Origin: Craspedostauros australis
Lineage: Eukaryota
NCBI GenBank assembly: GCA_030167865.1
Contig: JALAGF010006708.1
Coordinates: 1-62,933, forward strand
DNA length: 62,933 bases
Direction: 5' to 3'
The translations under genes were made by a program, and so were the position numbers. Positions 1 to 9,928 of this stretch are shown here, one piece after another; positions within the stretch are counted from its first letter, which is position 1, and every line of letters begins with the position of its first letter. The notes under the pieces were generated by a model. That model had not been told where the DNA came from. It was given only the letters and a program-made list of their open reading frames with translations, and made no database searches.

Positions 1-3000
1 GGGTGGCGCTGTATTCATGGCAAGGCTGTCTTCCATTCCTGCAACGCAGTACAACCGATTCGAGCCAAACATGATGTCAAGGAGGTCGTGGTAAATCCTG
101 TCTCTGCTGTGGCGGATTGTCTTGTAGTCAATTGGACGAGAATCAAACATGTCTCTGCCTTGGACGCAGACCGTGAAGAGTCCCGCTTCCCATCTCAAGA
201 AATTGCCTGCGCTGTCTGTGATCTTCTTCACGCCAGCAGTGGAAACGTATCCATCCGCGAGGTTGGTCGATCCCTCCGCCGCAGTTGTGAGTGATGGACA
301 GAAATTCTGTTTGGTTGGATTGAATGAGCCTGTGTCTGAATGGGGGATGTCGTCCTCAAGATTAGCGCATGCCTCCCTCATCTTGAGAAGGCCTTGTATC
401 AGCTTCTTGTCCATGTCAATCGTTGGCACCAGGGTCTCGTACCGTGAAGCATCGAAGCCGTCGGCTGCGCTATAACTCGAGGCCAGTTCACGAGGATTGC
501 TGCCAAAGTTTTGATCGACTTGCTTTGTTTCCAACCCGTCCCAACGGTTCAGCCGCATGCGATCCTTCTGCGCACTGATACGTTCTTCAATTTCCTCTTT
601 CAGCCACTCCTCGAACTGAGCTTTGGTCATCTCTTCAACGTTCTCGGGCTTTATTGGTAGGTCTGGTTCGTTGAGGCTCATTTCAGACTGCTGATGGTAC
701 ATTCCATTCAACACAAAGTCAGACCAAACGGAGACAGGAGTCACATCTTCCAGAGCATCCCATGCCTCTTGCACGTGGTCTGTCTTGTTGTCAGGGTCTG
801 TCTTGCCGCTGGACGATTTGGGCTGCATGTTGAGGGTATCCTTCAGAATGGATTGGATGCGTTTCCGTTTCTCTTGTGCGACCGTCGTGGCTGCAGTGAT
901 GGCAGAACCGACGATCTGCGTCGACAACGCCTCGAAGGGAAGAAGAGTCTCTCCAAGAAAGCCATACTTGCCCTTCACCCGCTTTCCAGTCTCCAACAGC
1001 CACACACACATCAGTTGAATTGCTGGATCCACCAAGTATGGCTTCTTCAGGCTCTTCGGCTGCGTGAATGTTGGATCCACCTTAGCGTTCCCATCCTCAT
1101 CCAACACAACGTGGTCGAATATCTCGAAAGGCGCTGGTACCACCAGTCCATACCTCGTGACGAGATGGTACATGATGTTGATGTCGTTCGTTCCGAACCT
1201 CTCAAACTCGATTCCATAGTCGAGTCTCATCGCGCGTTCCATTGCTGTTTCGATGTCCATGGGCACTTCGAGTTCCTCTTGATACAGAGCAATAGCCAGG
1301 ATTCGTGCCACTGCCAGAGCTTGTTTGCTGGCTCCTTCGCTGGCTCCTTCTGCCGTCCACCCATCAGTCCGAAGGGCGGAAAAGCCGTTGCATCGTATAA
1401 ACTTGTTGAACACCAACGAGATCAGCCTCAGATCATGATACGGGTCGCCGAAGCTCAACACCGTCTCTGCCAGCAGGTTGATCAAGATGGATGTCATCCT
1501 TGCATTGTGCGATGCGATGATGCTCATGAATGGCGTCTCCATCATCTTCTCGTAGGTGGGGAGCTTGCACCTTTTTCCGCTTTGTCCGTCGTATTCCATA
1601 CAAAGGGCTTCGTACGTTTGTTTGGGATCCTTTTTGGCGCTGGGTTCAAGACAGACGAAGTTTTTGCTTGGAGAACCGACAATCCCTCTGTACATCCCTG
1701 TGCCTGCGATGGAGAAGACCACCTCGATGGCTGACGGGGTTTCGGTTGCTGGGAGTCCACCATGACCCGTGCTGTCTCCTTCCTTCACGCCTCCAGGGCC
1801 ATTGTTCATGATGTAGTGACCAAGGTCTCTTCCAAGGTCATCATANTTTCTGATGATCTCTCTCGCAAGATTGGGACACGTCGATGCTTCATCGATGGCA
1901 AGCACTATCCGAATCCTGTTGTCGTTCACATTCGGGTGTTCATCGTCGCCAGCCGCGTCGCCAGCCGCGTTACTCGTGGCTTCCATCTTCTCGAGTGTAC
2001 TCAGCCGCTGCTGCACCGTGTTTACTATCGTTGATAGCACCTCACCGTCGTATGCGAAGTCAGTATCCACCCATCGCTTCAAATAGGCTCGGCACTGATT
2101 CGTTCGATTTTCGTTTGGTTCCGTCGTCGCTACGTCACCATCTGCTTCATGCATCAGAGTGATGACAGCATTTCGTGATTCTGCGCTTGTCGCCAGCTCG
2201 ACTGTCTTGCCTGTACCGCTGCCGGAGAAGAAGACACGGACAACGCTGGAATCTGGCGCTTCGTCACATTTGACGGTATGAACTGCTTGGGGGGTTCCAG
2301 AGGCATCGCTCATGTGCCGAAACCCGCATTTGCCGATGTAGTATGCTGCTCTGTCATCGGCACAGTCAATGCGGCAAAGAGAATGCGTTGTTAGGACGTT
2401 TCGAGCGTCGTGAAGAATGCTCAGGATCTTCCGCACCGATTCGAGGAGGGGAATGCTTGGGTCATCGATTCCACCAAGACCCTCGATTGACTTCCATGCG
2501 TATGATGCGTTGTCCCTGTTCCTAGCGTTGTAGAGCCATTGGGCCAGGGCGTGGCCTCCTTCACGGCTCCAACCGGCCATTTGTGCCACCTTCCCCCACC
2601 AGCGCTTGTTTTCAACCAGATCGATGACCCCCTTTCCGAATGTCACCATTCTGTTCAGCCAATCAACCTCCCATGCGCTCATCTTGGCTTCGTCTGAACC
2701 ATCTGCATTCATTTTGGTGATTGCGTCCCTGATTACTCTTGCGTCAGGCTTCGGCAAGGTCTTCAGCATCTTCATGATGCGCGCGGCATCATCCTCGATG
2801 GTCCAGAAGTCGTTGTTCTTGAAGACAGAATCGTATCTGTTCACAACGAGCGGCGTGTTACCACTAGCATCGTCGGCCTCACTGGAGAGTACGGCCATGT
2901 GAAAGCTGGGGTACCAACGTTGGTGAAGGAAATCGTGATGATGTTGGCACTGACCGTGACGCAGTTGCGCAAGGAATGGTGAGGACGACACCGAAGGGAT

Positions 3001-3144
3001 GGATCCAGACCTGAATGGCCGCAATGGTCGTGGCAACAACGGTTGGGGGTTGGTGAATCCCATCGCACGAGGCATGGTTGCCATCGCCATTGTCACTGCC
3101 ACCATAGTTCTTGTCATCTTGGTCATGAGGCTTGAGGAGAGCAT
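1..3144 (-). CDS. Large P-loop NTPase with putative C-terminal REase-fold domain (Crinkler/RHS-like); 3' end runs off the window
   Basis: Manual translation gives an uninterrupted frame from ATG 3144 to base 1 (1048 codons, one N at 1846). It is absent from the ORF track because no stop falls in the window. Motifs: Walker A VRVFFSGSGTGKT (~2203-2241), Walker B IVLAIDEA (~1885-1908), FSIAGTG (~1700), HNARM (~1500), then FE (~933), NLADG (~255), VCVQGRD (~160). N-terminus MLSSSLMTKMTRTMVAVTMAMATMPRAMG-FTNPQP resembles a bipartite presequence. Confidence 0.8.
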   Translation of the reverse strand, partial: MLSSSLMTKMTRTMVAVTMAMATMPRAMGFTNPQPLLPRPLRPFRSGSIPSVSSSPFLAQLRHGQCQHHHDFLHQRWYPSFHMAVLSSEADDASGNTPLVVNRYDSVFKNNDFWTIEDDAARIMKMLKTLPKPDARVIRDAITKMNADGSDEAKMSAWEVDWLNRMVTFGKGVIDLVENKRWWGKVAQMAGWSREGGHALAQWLYNARNRDNASYAWKSIEGLGGIDDPSIPLLESVRKILSILHDARNVLTTHSLCRIDCADDRAAYYIGKCGFRHMSDASGTPQAVHTVKCDEAPDSSVVRVFFSGSGTGKTVELATSAESRNAVITLMHEADGDVATTEPNENRTNQCRAYLKRWVDTDFAYDGEVLSTIVNTVQQRLSTLEKMEATSNAAGDAAGDDEHPNVNDNRIRIVLAIDEASTCPNLAREIIRXYDDLGRDLGHYIMNNGPGGVKEGDSTGHGGLPATETPSAIEVVFSIAGTGMYRGIVGSPSKNFVCLEPSAKKDPKQTYEALCMEYDGQSGKRCKLPTYEKMMETPFMSIIASHNARMTSILINLLAETVLSFGDPYHDLRLISLVFNKFIRCNGFSALRTDGWTAEGASEGASKQALAVARILAIALYQEELEVPMDIETAMERAMRLDYGIEFERFGTNDINIMYHLVTRYGLVVPAPFEIFDHVVLDEDGNAKVDPTFTQPKSLKKPYLVDPAIQLMCVWLLETGKRVKGKYGFLGETLLPFEALSTQIVGSAITAATTVAQEKRKRIQSILKDTLNMQPKSSSGKTDPDNKTDHVQEAWDALEDVTPVSVWSDFVLNGMYHQQSEMSLNEPDLPIKPENVEEMTKAQFEEWLKEEIEERISAQKDRMRLNRWDGLETKQVDQNFGSNPRELASSYSAADGFDASRYETLVPTIDMDKKLIQGLLKMREACANLEDDIPHSDTGSFNPTKQNFCPSLTTAAEGSTNLADGYVSTAGVKKITDSAGNFLRWEAGLFTVCVQGRDMFDSRPIDYKTIRHSRDRIYHDLLDIMFGSNRLYCVAGMEDSLAMNTAPP

Positions 3145-4746
3145 GGTGGTTCTTGGTTTGGTTTCTACGTTGACGTTGACGTTGACGTTGGTGTTGATGT
3201 TGATGTGAACTTGAGCGTTGCAGTGAATCTGAGGTGCTGGTCTGATCTGATCTGTAGTCGCTGGATTGCTTCTTCCGTGGGCTGAAGCTTGAGTAGGGCA
3301 GAGATAGTGCGGAAGCTCAGGTTACTGTATGGAGTGGAGTTGATGGCGGCGGTGTCGTTTTCGGTGTTTTGTGTGGTCGTATGATTTGGCACAGCAGATC
3401 GATGATTCGTTTTTTTGTGGCTGTGTCAGTGTTGCAAGGCCATTCGATCGGAGCTGCTCTGCTGTTCTGTGTGGGATGTCTGTGGCGTGCTGCACCCTCT
3501 CTTTCTGTTGTGCTCTGTCTCGCGACCATCCTCCGTTTTTTTTTGCGCCCCAACGCAAAGATCTGTTGCAACGTCGTTTGGAGTTCGGATACGGTCTTCA
3601 GTACGCGTGTTTCGCATCAATCATCCTCTGTGCTCGCCGCAAACTTCAGGGCGGGGGAATGTGCCTCTCTCACGCTATTGCCTCATACAAACAGACCCCC
3701 AAACTTGGTTGCAATTGGTTACAGATCTTGGATCCATTTTCCCCGGTCTCAGACTTAAAGTTATAGGCACTCCATCCAACATCTCTTCACATCTACGTAA
3801 ACTTAAGACTCAGGGCTATCCAGGGAAGCAATAACATTATCTTGTTGTTACTACCATCTTTTCGATCTTTATCTGTTTGTTGACCCCATTGGTATGTTTT
3901 TGCTTTCGGACGACGGACAGAACGGGTTGTTGTGGGACCTTGTTAGCTACAGTTGGCTACACGTAGGATTCTACAGGGGTCTGGTAGGATCTTGCCTCTT
4001 TTTTCGAGGATTTCGACTCTCCATCTTTGAAGTACCTGGACTTAGCGGTCTTTGGCTCATTCTGGACAATAGGTATCATTTCAGAATCCCCTTGCCGAGG
4101 CGGTCACAACCATGTGGTCTATTATATTCGAGTGCGATGGTATGGTGGTATGGTGGTATGCTTGCGTTTAGTGCTCCCATGCCAGTCGGAATGATAATTG
4201 ATCACTCGGATCCCCAATGTCGGTGGCAAGTTTGGAGATTTCTGGTTCCAATGATTGCGTCATCGTGACGTCAGAACTGATTGGAACCCCTCTTTGGAAC
4301 AACTCGAATAAGAAAACATGCCAACCATAAGCCAAGAACGTCCGTGAATGATGGGGGTGCTTGATGGATGGCATCAGTGCTCACCGAGCAAGAGAGCAAC
4401 AGCCACCCAGCTTAAGCATTGTATATATAAACACTATATTATGCTACAATGGCAAGACTAGTACAGGATGGCCCATACGAGCTAAGTCCGGAGAGTTTGA
4501 CTATGAATGATGCTGTTTTTGGTCTGTTTTTGTTCGGGACTTACGTAAGAAGTGTACTACATTCTACAGAGCAGTTTCTGTGATCCAAAAATCGCCAATG
4601 GCGTTGGCTACAGCTGGCTCTTTGAGGCACTAGCTAAAACTATTTCAGCCAAATAGACAACACGTGATAACGTTTGCTAAGAAAGTAGAGTACTGTTGTT
4701 CGATTAAAAATCGGCAGGAACGTGCTATCGTACCCCGAATGGGATC

Positions 4747-5403
4747 CTATGTTGCGCTGTCCTGATTATTGTCGGCATTGTAGAGCCATTGGGCCAGGAG
4801 GTTGTCTTCTTCAGAGCTGGCGAAGGCCCAACCGATGATTTGTACGTCGCTCGCCGACACGCCATCGTTTTCAACCATATCGATGATCTTCTTTCGGAAT
4901 CTCATCATTCTGTTCAGCCACTCAACCTCCCATGTGTTCATCTTCTCGTCTGTTAGTTCCGCCTTGTCAGTTATTTTCATGCTCTGCATTATGACGCTTT
5001 CGTCAGGCTTCGGCAAGGTTTTCAGCATCTTCATGATGCGTTCGTCATCATCCTTGATGGTCCAGAAGTCGTTGTTCTTGAAGACAGAATCGTATCTGCT
5101 CACACTGAGCGGCGTGCTACCACTAGAATCGTCGGCCTCACTGGAGAGTACGGTCATGTGAACGCTGGGGTACCAACGTTGGTGGAGACCATCGTGATGA
5201 TGTTGGCACTGACCGTGACGCAGTTGCGCAAGGAATGGTGAGGACGACACCGAAAGGATGCAGCCAGACCTGAATGGCTGCAATGGCCGTGATACCAACG
5301 GTTGGGGGTTGGTGAATCCCATCGCACGAGGCATGCCTGCCATCGCCATTGTCACTGCCATCATAGTTCCTGTCATCTTGGTCATGAGGCTTGAGGAGAG
5401 CAT
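4747..5403 (-). CDS. Truncated tandem paralog (218 aa) of the 1-3144 gene: presequence plus header region only
   Basis: Nearly identical N-terminus (MLSSSLMTKMT...RYDSVFKNNDFWTI...MKMLKTLPKPD), then patchy similarity (WEVEWLNRM, LAQWLYNA), then TAG at 4747-4749, well before the NTPase. ATG 5403 was chosen by alignment with ATG 3144. Confidence 0.7.
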   Translation of the reverse strand: MLSSSLMTKMTGTMMAVTMAMAGMPRAMGFTNPQPLVSRPLQPFRSGCILSVSSSPFLAQLRHGQCQHHHDGLHQRWYPSVHMTVLSSEADDSSGSTPLSVSRYDSVFKNNDFWTIKDDDERIMKMLKTLPKPDESVIMQSMKITDKAELTDEKMNTWEVEWLNRMMRFRKKIIDMVENDGVSASDVQIIGWAFASSEEDNLLAQWLYNADNNQDSAT

Positions 5404-6562
5404 GGTGGTTCTGGGTTTGGTTTGGTTTGGTTGGTGTGTTGATGTGTTGATGTAAGTACGAGTAAATTCAGTACCTCTAGTTTCTGGGCTTGCCGATGCT
5501 CTCCCTATCAACACTGTGAGCATAAAAGGAAGTATGCCCGAATGTTGGCATTCGCACTTTGGACTTTGGCCTTGCTGTTGACGATGATCTCTTGCATCTA
5601 CCACGATACAATCGTAAGTACTTGTACCGTGCTACACCGCCTCATTCTGTCATGCTCTGTCTCGCGGCCATCTCGGGTTTTTGCGTTCCAACGCGAAGAT
5701 TTGTCGCCACAGGGAGGAGTTTGGATACGGTTGTCCGCGCGGTATCCATGTCCCGCTTCAATCATCCTGCGCTCTCCACAAAACCCGAAGTGTGGCCGAA
5801 CTTCTTGTCGGGATGTGCCTCTTGAGCGCTATGTTGTTCGATCAGCGTGTTTGATCTCCTCGTTGTTTTGCGTCTTGTTTTGCTACGTGGGCGCAACACC
5901 GAATTAGGCTAGTTGCACTGGAGGAAGGAGATGACACTAGAGCTTACCAGCAATTACATGTAGAGGAGAGGTGGGGGGCGTAGATGGATCCGCGAGATCG
6001 ACGATGGCAGCATTGACGATACATCTACCAATATCCACATCCATGGCTAGCAATAGCGACAGCGATAGCATTGGCAATGGTGAGACTTACAGCAATGACT
6101 ACTCTACGACCTATGTACGTAAAATGCATGCTTCCATTGCAAGGCGAGTGCCACTCATTGCTTTCAAGAGCACACAGTGAGGTCTATTCACACGGTACGA
6201 GTTACGTGATGGTTGACTCACTCGAACATACGATACAATACGAGTCCCATAAACACATTGGGTCACGCACAGACACACGTGGAAACGAGGATGTTGAACT
6301 TTGTTGGGGAACAATCACCAACAACATGTGGGACAAGACGAAGATGGTGTCAACGAGGATGCGGATACTCACACCTCCATGCGGTTGCTAATACGTACTC
6401 GCAGGCACCACTTCACACCTCGCGCAACAGACACAATCCACACGATCCACATCTGTGCCTGGACCACACTCTGGAGTACAAACGAATACGAGGACCACCT
6501 TCAGCACAATCACAATCGCAATCACAATCACACTCCAAGACAAGCCACCCTCCTGATCAACG

Positions 6563-7780
6563 ATGCCGAGGTTCACGATTTCACCTTCGTCTCTGCTGCT
6601 GGCTTCCGTGGCCGTCGCTGCTGTGGCCACAGCCTCTGTGAATGCGTTCATTGCGCCGCGACAGATCCAGACGCGTTCGGTCGCACCGGTGTGGGCCAAA
6701 GGCTTCGGAGATGACGGCAGCGCTGGCGGCAACAAGAAGGTCTCGCCTCTGGGAAAGTCCAAGCAAACAGTTCCCCCGTCCAACAAGAACTCAGTGGAGA
6801 TGATCCGCGACGGCGACACGGTCATCACCAACCCTTACGTCGGTTCGGCCGCCGACGATGAGAAGGATCTGTCCATGGGCAAGAGAGCGCTGGACCAGAT
6901 GCGCCGTGACAAGCAGGAGCAGCAGGACGCGGAGCTGCGACGCATGAAGGAGGTCAAGGACGTCGATCAGATGCTGCGCGATTCTCCGCAAGCCGCGGCG
7001 ATTCCTGAACGCGTCGCACAGCGCATGGGCAAGCGTATGCTGCCATTCGTCGGTGTGCCGCTGTTCGGTGGCATGGCTGTCTTTGTTGGGTTCTGGTACA
7101 TGGCGACGTACCGCGATTTGGAGTTCGAACCGGCGTTGGTGGCGGCGTCGACCATCGTCATTCTTGTGGTCGGATTGTTGGTGAGTGTCATCGTTTTTTC
7201 GTTTGGCCATTGCCTGCTTGTTTCTTATGTCTCTTCCTTGTTGTCAGATGGATGGATGGATGGATGCTTGGATCAATGATTTGGCTGATTCATTCATTGA
7301 TTCTCTACTCCGCGTGTGTACTGTACGAGCAACTTGCGAGACTAATCGCATTCGACAATCTTGTGGTCGCCGACAAGGCTCGTCGCGTCGCCTGGGCTGA
7401 AGGATCCACCAACTCACTCATCTCTTTTCCAAACCCATTCAACCAATGTTCCATGCACTATCCTCCTCTAATGCGGCTCGTTAATGTCGCTCGCCGCTGT
7501 AAACACCCATTTCGTACTTTCAATCCAGGGCATCACGTACTCCGTCATGAGCGCGTCGTGGGATGAGGATAGAGAGGGATCCTTCCTGGGAGGCGACGAA
7601 TTCCAAAAGAACGTGGACAGCATCAAGGACGGTCTGTCCCGATCGCGCGAAAATGCCAGGTTACGCGATCAGATGATCAGTGTGCCCGATGCCGCCTTTG
7701 ACAATCTTGACAAGAAGGAGGAAGCCAAGGCAAAGAAGAGCGCGTCTTTCGTCGAAAAGATGGGGGATGAACTTGATTAG
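6563..7780 (+). CDS. PAM68: PAM68 (photosystem II assembly factor), plastid-targeted, 2 exons
   Basis: Exons 6563-7180 and 7529-7780 (GTGAGT...CAG) join in frame. IPERVAQRMGKRM, two TM helices and GITYSVMSASWD match the PAM68 family. Presequence SVNA-FIAP. Confidence 0.85.
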
Positions 7781-8289
7781 GAGCAGTACTGCTCGTACTC
7801 CCACATATGGTATGGCATGCATTTCACAGCTGTGCGCTTGCAGGTGCTTTGATTCTGCATGCCTCAATCCATGCACGGGTGCATGCAAAGCGATTGCATC
7901 GCAACATGATCTCTGGAATTCGTACGTATGCTCAGAGATGCTCTCGTACCACCCACACCGTGCATATGTTGGAAGAGCGCACGTCAAAGGGTTGATCGAG
8001 CATGCCATCAGCTGCACATTTACCTACACAAAACAGCGACAAACCTCAAGCGAAGAGAAGGAACGATGCCAAGCGCGTATTCCATCTGCCGCATGCTATC
8101 AACAGACGAACAGTATTGCGCATAAGCTGCAGGACAGTATCGTCCCACTCAACTGTACTAGTACAATCCATGAATTCGCAACAAGCCTGCCATCAGCGCT
8201 CTATACTCTCTAGATCAGTATTCTTCCAGTATACTACAGTACACCCTGGGCAGTGAATTCTTTGTGAGAGTGCCACAGTCGTGCGCCTC

Positions 8290-9474
8290 TCACCGATCCC
8301 ACTCGCTTTTTACGTTCGTTATGTCGAGCGGCCCTGCATCCAAGAACAGAACGTGCGGATTCTTCCGTGCGAAATTGCGGGAGAAGCCATGTTTGTAGAT
8401 CAACGCGCCACGTCCTCCATCGAAGACCCTCTCGTATCGTTCCACTTGCTGTTCCGTCTTGCGGATGGTATGGCCGGCCTGCTTCAAGCCCGAGGCGTAA
8501 AAGCTCTTGGAATCGATCCACCGCACTGGGCGACCATTGATGTAAACGTCGTCCAAGAACAAACAATCCGGCGTGCGTTCGCAGCCGGCATCGCGCAAGT
8601 CGTTTTCGGACATGTATCGGATGTTGTGCTTGTCGAGGTAGTCGTAGAGATCCTGCTCCCAGGCATCGGAAAAGATCTCGCTGGCATCCTTCTGAAAGGC
8701 AACGATGTCGTTGGCCTTGGCGAGTTGGAGCTGCTCCCATTCATGAGACGACAGGAAGGCCTCGTCGTTGAGGTCTTCGTCGTCGTTCGCGATGATCTGC
8801 TTGACCAACCTCTTGAGATCGCGCGTGCGCCATTTGGGATGCGCCTCATCGACGCGGCGTCGCAAGATGCTGCGAATGATGCCGACGGGAGGCAGCTCCA
8901 TCTCCTTGCTGAGCTGCGCGATGTCCTGCGCAGCCGTCGAGAATTGCTCCTCCATGTATTCAAGGTGCTTCGTGTACTTGAAGGCGCTTTGCACGACGTT
9001 GGTCACCAAGATCTGCTTGCGTATGATGAAGGCCTGGTTCACGGTCATGCCCAATTTCTCGCATTCCTTTTGGAGCTGCGCGAGGCGGTTTCCGCGCATT
9101 GCGCAGTATTCACCACGCTGAATCAAGACACCGGATTTGAGCAGCGCGATCTCGGAGCGGAGCGGAACTGGCGGATTCATCAACTTCCAATCCAAGTCCC
9201 TGCGCTCTCCAGTGTATTTCTCGCGCACATCGAATGGCGGTGGCGTTTCCGTTACTTCATCGGCGCTTCCATCGTCAGTTACGACAGCACTTGTCTTTGC
9301 TGATGCTTGTTCCTCGGGAGCTGATGCTCTCAACACATTCCGAAGAGAAAGCGGGCAAGGAACCTGCCGATGTCCTCGCAGAACATCATCGCGAATGAAT
9401 GCCGATGATACATGAACGCACTGCAGACACACTGCTGCCCACAAATACAACAGCATTGCTGAACTCAACTTCAT
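8290..9474 (-). CDS. CDIN1: CDIN1/C15orf41-like TPD-motif PD-(D/E)XK nuclease with plastid-type presequence
   Basis: Contains WE..L.......I....ENDLR, TPDCLFLDDVYINGRPVRWIDSKSFY and QVERYERVFDGGRGALIYKHGF. Probable start MKLSSAMLLYLWAAVCLQCVHVSSA-FIR at ATG 9474. Confidence 0.75.
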   Translation of the reverse strand: MKLSSAMLLYLWAAVCLQCVHVSSAFIRDDVLRGHRQVPCPLSLRNVLRASAPEEQASAKTSAVVTDDGSADEVTETPPPFDVREKYTGERRDLDWKLMNPPVPLRSEIALLKSGVLIQRGEYCAMRGNRLAQLQKECEKLGMTVNQAFIIRKQILVTNVVQSAFKYTKHLEYMEEQFSTAAQDIAQLSKEMELPPVGIIRSILRRRVDEAHPKWRTRDLKRLVKQIIANDDEDLNDEAFLSSHEWEQLQLAKANDIVAFQKDASEIFSDAWEQDLYDYLDKHNIRYMSENDLRDAGCERTPDCLFLDDVYINGRPVRWIDSKSFYASGLKQAGHTIRKTEQQVERYERVFDGGRGALIYKHGFSRNFARKNPHVLFLDAGPLDITNVKSEWDR

Positions 9475-9928
9475 GCTGTATCTCATTTCCCTTTCGCCGA
9501 TCATCCCCTCTCTGTGGATTGAACTGTGGTGACGATGATGGCGATCTTGATCTCATTCGGCATCTCCCACCGACGCGTCGTCCTCCACTGTATCGGCATG
9601 CGCCTTGATTTTGTTCTGTTGATGTGTTGGTGTTCCTTGTGTGATGACATTCCACGAACGTGTTTTTTGTTGTGATATCAAGTCACGAATGAGGTTTCGA
9701 TCACGAATGATGAGAAACAAGAATGACCATTCCGTTTTCTCGAAGTCCGTCACAGTCGTTCTTCGCACCGAGAAGGCCCCCAACCGCATCTTTCCCTCTC
9801 TCTCTGGGGTGCTGTATTGGTGAACAGATGGAGAGAGGTCGTTGCGAAGATCCTTTGCGTCCACATGTCCCAATCCATCGAACAGCAGCGCCTTCGACAA
9901 AATCAAAGGGACGATAACCACGCGAAAG

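Noticed and set aside
694..1734. 346-aa plus-strand ORF
   Set aside because: Antisense shadow of the long minus-strand NTPase ORF; no motifs.
3750..4745. AT-richer segment between the paralogs as a mobile element
   Set aside because: No terminal repeats, target duplication or transposase fragments were recognisable by eye.
8281..9303. 340-aa plus-strand ORF (likewise 16245-17873, 19168-20106, 38911-40572 and 57166-58314)
   Set aside because: Each lies antisense to a recognisable gene with biased codon usage, which suppresses stops on the opposite strand.
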